A DNA stretch of 64,000 bases from an uncultured Bdellovibrionales bacterium (GTDB lineage Bacteria > Bdellovibrionota_C > UBA2361 > SZUA-149 > DAOLCO01), in the NCBI GenBank assembly GCA_964612555.1, contig CAZTBW010000004.1, positions 34,353 through 98,352 of the forward strand, read 5' to 3'. Numbering within the stretch: the stretch's first letter is position 1; each line of letters opens with the position of its first letter. A model generated the notes under the pieces. That model made no database searches. It saw only the letters and a list, made by a program, of their open reading frames with translations, and was not told the origin of the DNA. A program made the position numbers and the translations under genes. Positions 18,645 through 27,350 of the stretch are shown in pieces.

Positions 18645-19295
18645 TTATTTCTTCGCCTTAATTGCAGTACGAACAAATATTGTTCCATTCTTTGGTCCGG
18701 GGATACCTCCCTTAACCAACAAAAGATTCTTCTCAGGAATCATATCCACAACTTCCACACCCTGAACCATGACACGGTCTACACCCATATGACCCGGCAT
18801 TCTTTTATTTTTGAAAACTCTACCTGGGAACTTTCTACATCCGATAGAACCGGCATGTCTGAAATATTCATGCGTACCATGCGTCTGGGTTTGCGCACCC
18901 TTCATTCCGTGACGCTTGATAACTCCCTGATACCCCTTACCAATAGAAGTTCCAACCACATCTATCTTCGCACCCTTTTCAAAAAGCCCTTCACAGGTAA
19001 TCTCGTCTCCTACTGAGAACTCCTGCTCAGTGTAATATGAGTCCTGTCGAATCTCTTTCAATTCACGAGGCATACCCTTTGCAGCTTTTGCCACATGACC
19101 GGACAGGGGCTTGTTCACTCTCTGAACTTTTTGAGCTCCGATACCTACCTGAAGAGCACGATACCCCTCTTTACCAGAAGTCTTAACCTGAAACACAACA
19201 TTAGGAGGTAACTCAATAGCAGTAACAGGCACACGGGTACCATCCTCTGCAAATATCTGAGTCATTCCAATTTTTTTGCCATACATAGCTTTCAT
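18645..19295 (-). CDS. rplC: 50S ribosomal protein L3
   Basis: YGKKIGMTQIF matches L3. The track ORF starts at a GTG (19304). The ATG at 19295 is preceded by AGGTGAG. Confidence 0.94.
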   Translation of the reverse strand: MKAMYGKKIGMTQIFAEDGTRVPVTAIELPPNVVFQVKTSGKEGYRALQVGIGAQKVQRVNKPLSGHVAKAAKGMPRELKEIRQDSYYTEQEFSVGDEITCEGLFEKGAKIDVVGTSIGKGYQGVIKRHGMKGAQTQTHGTHEYFRHAGSIGCRKFPGRVFKNKRMPGHMGVDRVMVQGVEVVDMIPEKNLLLVKGGIPGPKNGTIFVRTAIKAKK

Positions 19296-19422
19296 AGGAC
19301 TCACCTACAAACAAAACACATTCTAAAATTTAAAATCTTCTTTTTGATATCACCCGGCTCATTGCCCCCCTCTTAAGTAACAAAACTCAAAGGGAAACCG
19401 CTAAGGCATATCCAACAAGAGA

Positions 19423-19731
19423 CTATCTAATTTCCACCTCAATACCGGCAGAGAGTTCCAACTTCATCAAATCATCAATGGTCTGCTGAGTTGGTTCCAA
19501 AATATCAATCAAGCGCTTATGAGAACGTATCTCAAACTGATCACGAGATTTTTTATCCACGTGAGGCGATCTGTTGACGGTAAATCTTTCGATTTTAGTA
19601 GGAAGGGGAATAGGACCTGCAACTTTACCACCAGTTCTCTTAACCGCCTGAACAATTTCCTGAACTGCGGCATCCAATACCTTGTGATCATAACCACAAA
19701 GTCGTATCCGTATCCGCTGACTCCCTATCAT
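19423..19731 (-). CDS. rpsJ: 30S ribosomal protein S10
   Basis: [15 protein letters not shown]...[28 protein letters not shown] matches S10. Confidence 0.97.
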   Translation of the reverse strand: MIGSQRIRIRLCGYDHKVLDAAVQEIVQAVKRTGGKVAGPIPLPTKIERFTVNRSPHVDKKSRDQFEIRSHKRLIDILEPTQQTIDDLMKLELSAGIEVEIR

Positions 19732-19920
19732 ATTAAAATTCCTAACTAATTACACGTTACGCAAAATTTCCACCGTGGGCACGAGCTTATAGCAATATCA
19801 GCTAATTAAATCCAGTGTATCCACGCTTTTTTGTTCATTTTTTTTAATGAAAGTCTTATTCAGACACAAAAAAGAACCTGATATAAAGATAAGAGTTTGA
19901 ATTTATTAAATAAATTACCC
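19732..19920 (-). promoter_or_regulatory. S10-operon promoter/leader region, which also follows the upstream module
   Basis: 189-nt non-coding gap. On the minus strand an A-rich, UP-like stretch (aaaaaaaatgaacaaaaaag) lies upstream of a TATAAG -10-like hexamer. The exact promoter is not resolvable by eye. Confidence 0.35.
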
Positions 19921-22530
19921 TTATCGCTTGAGTCTCTCAACTTCAACAAGCTCTCTTTTGGTAGCATTCACTGTGATGGTGTCTGCTGAGAGGATCTCGG
20001 TAAAGGGTGAGGTCAGTGGTGCAATAAAAGAGACATCAACCTTAGCTTCAGAGCCAAACTCCTCAATATTAACCATTACACATCCGGCAGAAATACTATC
20101 AGTACAAAAGACCGAGCCAGGCATTATCCGCCTCACTTCAGCAAGAGCAAGTAATCGGGCAGATTCATGATTAATTTGACTGGTATATTGTTGAGTTTCA
20201 GGCGACGATATATATCTGGGAAAACAATCAACATATTCCCCACTTTGACATATTGCGGGCATGGATTGGTACATACCCAATGAGATAAGCTCTCCCCGAT
20301 TTGTGGAAGCTGCGCAGTTAGAACGAAACTGGGTACATGCCGGATATGCACCAGAGGAAACCTCACTCATCGGCATGGTAATAGTTCTGTCTCTTAGCTC
20401 AGTAAAATCGAAAATATATTCAGGATTAGTTAAATCCACATCACCAAATGCGTTATTAGCATAAAACCTCAACGCCTGATCAAGATTCTGAAATTGAGGA
20501 GTTCCTCCACTGTAACACCCACTTGTGGGGTTACAATCAAGATTATAGTCAAAGGGAAACTGGGAAACTACATAAGGTCTTGGCTGAGGCAGTGCCCCTC
20601 CCATCCCGTCTTGAATAAATGGCCAAACCCCCTCTACAGGTACAATTTCTTCCTGAATTTTATTTTCCTGAAAAAGAAGTGAGACATCCGGCACCTCATG
20701 GATATTTCCATACCCAGCCCCCTCCTGAGCAATAACAGCCTGAAGCAGCAAATCCCTTCTCTCATCTCCCCCATCAAACCCCTCGTTTTTTCTGTACTGC
20801 CTTACGTAATGCTCCGAAGAAAGCTCTTTAGGGTTATAACCAAACCTTGGCTGCACTGCTGAAGGATTTACTATAGGAACCCCCATAAACCTGTCTGCCG
20901 TCCATGAGAAATGTCGTGAACCATTACTGAGCACAGATGACCAGCGGGGAAGTGGTACCGTAACAAACCCCCCAGTAGGCAAACTCTCAAATGCCGTCCA
21001 TGAAGGATTGGAATTTACAGCAATCACAGATGCCAGATTCTGATTAAATAAACTCCTCCGCTGAGCTTCTTTTGCATTCCAGCCCTCACATGAAGAAAAA
21101 GAACCGGGCTGACCCGCGATCGTCATATTACCACACATATGTCGCGTCTGTTCCAGTGGCACCCCTTCACTTGAAAGACAAGATGGAACATCAACAAAAA
21201 CAAGTTCCGGAAGCTGCATCAGATCAAGACCCGAGGGATTAGGCGCATGCGAAAAAGGATTTCTCGGGTCACCTAAAGGTAAAAATTCCTCCCACGTATT
21301 CCTTGCCTGATCAAAGGGAAGCCATTCACAGACCTTTCTCGTAAGTGATCTCCATTGATTACCGGTCTGACGATGCCAGGCAAGATACGTCCAGTCCTGA
21401 GAGGCAATATACGACATACCCCCTGCGCTGTTATACAAAAATGCGTTTTGATAGTTTGGGTCGGCATTCGCAGCGAAATCTCCCCACTGATTGGACTGAA
21501 ACGGAGGAAGATCAATAGAAGGATAGGAAGTAAAATAATTAATCAGATCATCAGAATTCCGAATTGCACTTCGCACCCGTGATAAAAACGCCTCAGGGTT
21601 GCAACTGTAGACGGTAATCACAACAAATTGACGAGAATTAGTAACCGCAAAGGGTCTTCCGACTCCACCCGGCACCGCCCCGCTACCAAAAAAATTTCTA
21701 TAGTGATTATCCAGCTCCGTATAGCTCAGCCCTACTTCCGAGGGCACTCCATACGTTGCCAAATCATTCGCATCAGTGTGACACACCGGACTACCCCCCA
21801 AAAGAAGCCACGGCTCCGGAGTAGCCCGTTCAGGTAAAACCATATGACAGGGAAAGGCTCTTGCAAAATCAGTAGAGGGAACCCAACTTGCATCCATATC
21901 GGCACACGCAGGGTCTTCTGCCCTGAAGTTCACTCCCTCACACCAGGCAGTATCAATATACGTCGTACTTAAATTAAAATCAGCCCCAAAAGGAACCTCA
22001 ACTCTGTTATAAACCGTACAAGACCTCGTCTCAAAACCACCTCCCGGAAGCGGTCTTTCAAAATTCCCCCGAACATCCGCCCTCAGCACCGCATAGCTAT
22101 TAAGTAATCCGATAAACCTGCTGGGACGAACTGACTTCTCAGCCCACTCGACATTATGATTGGCAGTACTTACCTCATATGAATTATAACTCGCCCCATA
22201 TACATCACGATACACCTGCCCCTGATATTGATACGTATCAAGTTGCACCTCAGAAGGACCATCCACCAAAGGATAGCCAAACCACTCAGCTTCGGAAAAA
22301 GTCTGCTCCGTATCCACCAGAACACTCCTGCAAGACTCCGCAGCGTCACTTGCGGTCAGACAACGGGCAACTCTTCTTGCTGCCTGGTCTGCGGCTGATT
22401 TCGCAGCCGTAAACTGCGTCAGATTATAAAAACTGAAAAGAAACAGTGCTCCCCCTACTGTTGAAAACATAAGGGGCAACATCCCACTGCTGCCTTTTTC
22501 ATTATCACAAGAAAACAATCCAAATCTCAT
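19921..22530 (-). CDS. giant TadE-like pseudopilin-type protein with a cysteine-rich C-terminal domain of about 800 aa and unknown family
   Basis: The N-terminus EKGSSGMLPLMFSTVGGALFLFSFYNLTQFTAAKSAADQAARRVAR resembles TadE-family leaders. I count about 20 Cys after the hydrophobic helix. The ATG at 22530 is preceded by GAGGTG; the track start at 22539 is a GTG. Confidence 0.55.
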   Translation of the reverse strand: MRFGLFSCDNEKGSSGMLPLMFSTVGGALFLFSFYNLTQFTAAKSAADQAARRVARCLTASDAAESCRSVLVDTEQTFSEAEWFGYPLVDGPSEVQLDTYQYQGQVYRDVYGASYNSYEVSTANHNVEWAEKSVRPSRFIGLLNSYAVLRADVRGNFERPLPGGGFETRSCTVYNRVEVPFGADFNLSTTYIDTAWCEGVNFRAEDPACADMDASWVPSTDFARAFPCHMVLPERATPEPWLLLGGSPVCHTDANDLATYGVPSEVGLSYTELDNHYRNFFGSGAVPGGVGRPFAVTNSRQFVVITVYSCNPEAFLSRVRSAIRNSDDLINYFTSYPSIDLPPFQSNQWGDFAANADPNYQNAFLYNSAGGMSYIASQDWTYLAWHRQTGNQWRSLTRKVCEWLPFDQARNTWEEFLPLGDPRNPFSHAPNPSGLDLMQLPELVFVDVPSCLSSEGVPLEQTRHMCGNMTIAGQPGSFSSCEGWNAKEAQRRSLFNQNLASVIAVNSNPSWTAFESLPTGGFVTVPLPRWSSVLSNGSRHFSWTADRFMGVPIVNPSAVQPRFGYNPKELSSEHYVRQYRKNEGFDGGDERRDLLLQAVIAQEGAGYGNIHEVPDVSLLFQENKIQEEIVPVEGVWPFIQDGMGGALPQPRPYVVSQFPFDYNLDCNPTSGCYSGGTPQFQNLDQALRFYANNAFGDVDLTNPEYIFDFTELRDRTITMPMSEVSSGAYPACTQFRSNCAASTNRGELISLGMYQSMPAICQSGEYVDCFPRYISSPETQQYTSQINHESARLLALAEVRRIMPGSVFCTDSISAGCVMVNIEEFGSEAKVDVSFIAPLTSPFTEILSADTITVNATKRELVEVERLKR

Positions 22531-22541
22531 ACAACGCACCT

Positions 22542-23231
22542 CTAGTTTCTAAATGATTTAATCTGATGCACCTGTGCCCCGGTACGAGAACCAAGCAGCA
22601 TCTGCTGCCACCCGGGCGAAATCGCAGGAGACACGGCTTCAATCGTAATTAAAAATATCAGCGATTCAGGAAGATACCGAAGCAGAGGATTAAAACCCGG
22701 TGATAAAACTCCATATTGAGTATCATTTGAGTTCCCGGGAAATCTTGATTCCAGATACGCTTCTGCTGAAACAAGAGGCAGTCCCGGCACATACTCCTCT
22801 ATGTTGAAAGCGGTAGGGCTGGAATATTTAAAATCAAGTAACTGAAAGGAATCAACCGTACCCATTTCAGGATTAACAGCAAGCACGACCGGGCGCACTT
22901 CCACTAAAAAAGGTGCATCCCCGGTAGCAAAACGAATCCTCCTTTCGTTAATTACCATCTGCATCCTTTCCCCAATCCGGGTAGTCAAAGTCACTACCCG
23001 CTCCCGATCAAGCACTCGTCCCTCAGAAGAAATTTGAAATGGCTGGACTGCTTCATCTATAACCTGAAAATGTCCCCCCTCCCGCACCACATCCCGTAAC
23101 ATTGCACGATCAAGCATCAATATCCCGATATCAGTACCAACAAAGAGCAGCCCAAGTGCAAGCGGCATAAACAAAAGCATTTCAAGCATACCATTTCCCA
23201 ATTCAGATATACTCAAGTATGAAATTCTCAT
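22542..23231 (-). CDS. TadE/TadF-like pseudopilin-type protein (229 aa)
   Basis: GNGMLEMLLFMPLALGLLFVGTDIGILMLDRAMLRDVVREG is a TadE-like N-terminus. The ATG overlaps the upstream stop as ATGA. Confidence 0.55.
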   Translation of the reverse strand: MRISYLSISELGNGMLEMLLFMPLALGLLFVGTDIGILMLDRAMLRDVVREGGHFQVIDEAVQPFQISSEGRVLDRERVVTLTTRIGERMQMVINERRIRFATGDAPFLVEVRPVVLAVNPEMGTVDSFQLLDFKYSSPTAFNIEEYVPGLPLVSAEAYLESRFPGNSNDTQYGVLSPGFNPLLRYLPESLIFLITIEAVSPAISPGWQQMLLGSRTGAQVHQIKSFRN

Positions 23232-24766
23232 GATGCAAGTACCACCTTTCGTTCCTTTGCCAGAATACTCTGTACCACCTGAAAAATACTGCTTTCATCC
23301 ACAAAAAAAGAGGATATACCCGGTATGAGATCATACTGAAGTGAACGTGCCTGCAACAAGGCACCTGCATCTTCAGTAAGACCCGGATGAACATAGGCAA
23401 GAACATACATCCTTAAACGCTCATCATGCTCTAAAATCTCAAGCACCTCCTGCATTTCGGTCTCGGCAATATCGGGTAAGGCATCTACCAGAAGAAAAAC
23501 AATACGTGAGGCACTTCCAGCCAGATTCCCTCTGGAGACGGCACTTGTTTCAACAGAAAGTTTCTCCTCTTCAATAAGGAGAGAAGCTCCCGCACGTGCA
23601 GTCCGGGAAATATTTGAAAAATCCGGCTCATGAGAGTTTCCCCGCACCGCGCGATAATACAAGGCTTCCCGAAGAGAAATATTTCTCTGAAGAAAACAAT
23701 CAGAGAGTTTACTCTGAAAGGGGTTGGGGTAGTGTCCATTTGGGTCGGTAAGAGGGTTCGTGCTGAAAAGTTCATCACACTCCCTTGAATGTTCTGAAAA
23801 AGATTCCGGCAGTGCATATCGACTTGAAAAGTGTGAGTAGTACACACAGGCTTCATCACATATTCCCGAAGGAGATTCAAAATAGTTTGACCAGAAAGGG
23901 AGATCATTAGCGGAAATCCCTTTGATAAAACTATAGGGAGCCACCCCCGGCTGATCACCCGGGGTTCCCATCACCGCTATCCTGTTAAGTGGTGAAGCCT
24001 GAATGGTATCAGCAATCATAATACCTGAAAGCTTAAGGGGCATATTTGCCGGATTATAACAGGTTTGGGTTACCCACCTTCTAAATTCGGGTAATGAAAA
24101 CTGAGCGGGCTTCCACCAATCAGTCCAGCCAAAGGGAGGAGCCGGCTCTGGTGATGGCTTGATTAAAGGTGGTGGTGCAAGAGTAAAATATTCACTTGGT
24201 GCCCAATCGAATTCACCTCCAAAGGAGGCATAGCCGATATCTCCGGATGAAAAATCTGCAAGGTTTGGTGGAACGGACGGTCGAAGAGAAATCCCATCAG
24301 AAAGAATAAGCACTGAGTCGAGTGGAACAAGCCTTGCTTCTGATTCCTGCCTCACCTGAAGCACCATCTCCTGATTTGTAAAAGCTCTGAGAAAAAAATC
24401 GATCATAGATGCATGAGCACCTGTAATAACGACCCTGACCCGAGATTCCCCTACAAAAGCACCGCCTGCAAAAGCATCAGGGTCCTCTTCCAGAACTCGA
24501 AGAGAACTACCTTTTGAGGCAGCACGGGCGTTAAATTCAGAAGCAGACTGTGCAAATGCACTCCTTGCAGCACTTGCAAAAGGAAGATGCCCCGCGATCT
24601 GGAGTGAGATTCGATCTGCTTCACTCTGTGCTTCTTCACGAAGTGACTGCCAGGAACTGATGTCCACAATGATCATCAATAATGCAATAGCAACAGGCAG
24701 TACAAAAAGTACATAGAACGCCACATTGCCATTTTCCTCACTGTCCCTAATCAAAAGACTCTCCAA
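23228..24766 (-). CDS. TadG-like (Tad_N) protein with a possible degenerate vWA-like body (512 aa)
   Basis: ENGNVAFYVLFVLPVAIALLMIIVDISSWQSLREEAQSEADRISLQIAG resembles the TadG/Tad_N motif. LDSVLILSDGIS and RIVFLLVDALPD resemble the vWA beta1 and beta4 strands, with the MIDAS motif not intact. TTG start, exact position uncertain. Confidence 0.5.
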   Translation of the reverse strand: MESLLIRDSEENGNVAFYVLFVLPVAIALLMIIVDISSWQSLREEAQSEADRISLQIAGHLPFASAARSAFAQSASEFNARAASKGSSLRVLEEDPDAFAGGAFVGESRVRVVITGAHASMIDFFLRAFTNQEMVLQVRQESEARLVPLDSVLILSDGISLRPSVPPNLADFSSGDIGYASFGGEFDWAPSEYFTLAPPPLIKPSPEPAPPFGWTDWWKPAQFSLPEFRRWVTQTCYNPANMPLKLSGIMIADTIQASPLNRIAVMGTPGDQPGVAPYSFIKGISANDLPFWSNYFESPSGICDEACVYYSHFSSRYALPESFSEHSRECDELFSTNPLTDPNGHYPNPFQSKLSDCFLQRNISLREALYYRAVRGNSHEPDFSNISRTARAGASLLIEEEKLSVETSAVSRGNLAGSASRIVFLLVDALPDIAETEMQEVLEILEHDERLRMYVLAYVHPGLTEDAGALLQARSLQYDLIPGISSFFVDESSIFQVVQSILAKERKVVLAS

Positions 24767-25017
24767 TTACTGCTTTTTCTGAATACGCACCTCATTATCG
24801 CAATATATTCAGAACTGTCTCATCTATAAGAATCAGGTATTTAAACTAAAAGAAAAACCGAAGTGAAAAAGGATAATAGTAGTATATTTGTCAAAAAATA
24901 GCCATCCCCGCCTGTCTTTTTTTAAAAAGATCGTGCCCAACCAGATTTCAAATACTTAGAAATTTTGCACTGCACATAGTTATTGCGCATATTCAGATGA
25001 CAGACACCTGCTTATAC

Positions 25018-26139
25018 TTATTTTCCAGGTCTCTTATTTTTAAAAATAAACGGAAAAACCAGAAGTACAAGAGTCAGCCCTGCGGCTATCTGGGAAAACA
25101 TTCCTGAGTGATGATGGTGATGATCATGATGTGAAAGACTCTGATGTGCCCCTGGGTGTGGAATAATTCCTCCATCACGTGGGATACCGTATTCAATCAA
25201 AAGCCCGAAAGAAAGTGAAACAAAAATAATCGAACCTACATAATAAACCGCACCCCTTAAACCAAATTCTTTTTTTGCGGCAAGCACGGTACTGACATTT
25301 GTTGCAGCTCCTGCAAGCAGGAAAACCAGAACCGCACCAACGCTAAGCCCCTTTGCATAAAGTACTGCCGCAATGGGGGTAGAAGAGGTAGCGCATATAT
25401 ACAAAGGAAAGGACACCACCAGAGCAAGACCCATTTGAAGCAATGGGTCGGAAACGGTCTCAGTCAGGAACTCAGCCGGCAGGAGCGCAACAAAAATCCC
25501 CGACACAAGAAATCCGATTAAAAGCACCACTGAAAGATCCTTTGGAAGAACATAAAAGGCAAAAATCATTGCTTCACGAAACACCTGAAAAAAACTCTTC
25601 TTTTCAGAAGACTGTGTTTCTGCACTACTGAGCCCATGATGAGTATGATCATGGCAGCACGAGGCAGCATGAGGAGTTTCTGTATCTTCAGATTTACTTT
25701 TCTTCCCGGCAGAATCATTTGATTCCTTAATCGACTCAACCAGAGTACCCACCAGAATCCCTGACACCACCGCCGCAATAACCCGAAAGACAGCAAACAC
25801 AATACCCAAAAGCCCCTGGGTAAGAAAAAACGCGCCCACTCCAATCTCAGGCACACTGGTCATAAAACTTGCCGCTGCACCCTTACTCACTCCCCTTTGT
25901 CTGAGAGATTTCATAACCGGAATAATACCACAGGAACACAAGGGGAAGGGTATTCCCATCATGGTTGCACTGAATATTGAACTAAAACCCGGCTTCTTCA
26001 AGAACTTATTAATCAGGGTAGCCGGAAGAAAAACATGAATCACCCCGGCAAGAAAAAAACCAAAAAGCAACCACGGTGCAGCCTCTACGACCGTGTCCCA
26101 GGCAGCATGGAGAATTGATAAAAAAACAGATTCGTTCAT
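25018..26139 (-). CDS. UPF0718/ArsP-type permease with His/Cys-rich segments (putative metal transporter)
   Basis: Polytopic, 373 aa. PLCSCGIIPV is the CSCG permease motif. Central loop has CCHDHTHHG and the C-terminus has HQSLSHHDHHHHHSG. Confidence 0.65.
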   Translation of the reverse strand: MNESVFLSILHAAWDTVVEAAPWLLFGFFLAGVIHVFLPATLINKFLKKPGFSSIFSATMMGIPFPLCSCGIIPVMKSLRQRGVSKGAAASFMTSVPEIGVGAFFLTQGLLGIVFAVFRVIAAVVSGILVGTLVESIKESNDSAGKKSKSEDTETPHAASCCHDHTHHGLSSAETQSSEKKSFFQVFREAMIFAFYVLPKDLSVVLLIGFLVSGIFVALLPAEFLTETVSDPLLQMGLALVVSFPLYICATSSTPIAAVLYAKGLSVGAVLVFLLAGAATNVSTVLAAKKEFGLRGAVYYVGSIIFVSLSFGLLIEYGIPRDGGIIPHPGAHQSLSHHDHHHHHSGMFSQIAAGLTLVLLVFPFIFKNKRPGK

Positions 26140-26159
26140 TAGAAAATACTGCTCGTAAT

Positions 26160-26645
26160 TCAGCGAGCAACTTGTTTAAATTGTGGCATTGGAATAATTG
26201 AATCTTTTCCCGGGTCAACATCTTTCATCTCGGAAAGAAGTTTGGCAAGTGAAAAAGTCTCAAGGTAAGAATCTATAGTCTCCTTAAGCCCCGACCATAC
26301 CGTCCTGAGATAACAGCGGGCTTCCAGCGAGCACCTCTCAGTATCAATCGGCTTCGTATCGCAAATTAAATCCATTGTTTCTCCTTCGCAGGACAGAAGT
26401 ATCTCTCTCAGATTAATCTCGGAAGGCTCACGAGACAGTCTGTACCCACCATGAGGACCACGCTCACTCTCTACAATCCCACCGGAACGAAGCTTGACCA
26501 GAATCTGCTGCGTATAATTAAGTGCCAGGGACTGTGCCTCAGAAATATCAGAGGCACCAACTATGCTCAGCCCCTCCTGATGCCTACGAGCAATATAGAG
26601 ACAGATATGAACCCCATATTCTCCCCATTGAGTAATTCTTTGCAT
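26160..26645 (-). CDS. Rrf2-family transcriptional regulator (IscR/NsrR-like, 3-4 Cys)
   Basis: The N-terminal wHTH MQRITQWGEYGVHICLYIARR...GGYRLSR and the Cys cluster LICDTKPIDTERCSLEARC support the call. Lies 20 nt upstream of the permease. Confidence 0.8.
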   Translation of the reverse strand: MQRITQWGEYGVHICLYIARRHQEGLSIVGASDISEAQSLALNYTQQILVKLRSGGIVESERGPHGGYRLSREPSEINLREILLSCEGETMDLICDTKPIDTERCSLEARCYLRTVWSGLKETIDSYLETFSLAKLLSEMKDVDPGKDSIIPMPQFKQVAR

Positions 26646-26794
26646 ATGACCTCAAAAATGCCATTCCTAGTACGCCCACCATAACAAGATATACCATAGC
26701 AAGATATGGCTCAAAAAGAAATTCGGGGTATTTTCACGACCCCCGCTCTTCCCCTCCCCCGATGCTTATCTCGTTTTATCCCGCCTATCCCATA

Positions 26795-27238
26795 CTAAAA
26801 ACAAAAGACCCCCACACTAAAAACAAAGGACCACGGCAGGATTGCAAAGAAAAGATAGTACAAACTGAGAAATTTTGCTGCTCTGGGAATCCATTGGACT
26901 TTCGTTCTCAAGTTCCAAAGATAAACCACACAAAGGACCGCAAAAGACTTAACAACAAAAATTGCCACTAAAGGACCAACAAGATTCATCAGAAAACGAA
27001 TCAAAGGATTCCCCTCCATCTCGACACCAAAACTCAACACCCCGATATACGTTAATACCGCATCCAGTATTTGAAAAAGTAAAAGAGAAGAAAAAGCAAA
27101 GAAACCCGCAGACAAGGTGTCCACACAAGGTCGCCCCACGCAGGACTGCCCCATCCGAGACAACACAGAAAAATTGCTATGAGAATAACGGACAGAATGA
27201 CTCATAAGACTTCCTGAAATATTCAGAGGTGCGAACAT
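26795..27238 (-). CDS. small membrane protein, DUF5658-like
   Basis: Three or four TM helices and a GNPL motif (EMEGNPLIRFL). The start could lie further downstream. Confidence 0.45.
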   Translation of the reverse strand: MFAPLNISGSLMSHSVRYSHSNFSVLSRMGQSCVGRPCVDTLSAGFFAFSSLLLFQILDAVLTYIGVLSFGVEMEGNPLIRFLMNLVGPLVAIFVVKSFAVLCVVYLWNLRTKVQWIPRAAKFLSLYYLFFAILPWSFVFSVGVFCF

Positions 27239-27350
27239 ATACTATTTTCAGATCTTAATAAAGGAAGTGAAGCCGAATAAAAATAAAATGAATTAACTTC
27301 CTGTTATCATTTAAAAAAGATCAGATATTCATTCTAATGATAATTTTGGT

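Noticed and set aside
25081-25140. A catcat/gatgat-rich stretch that looks like a microsatellite.
   Set aside because: It is the in-frame coding sequence of the C-terminal HHDHHHHH segment of the permease, not a non-coding repeat.
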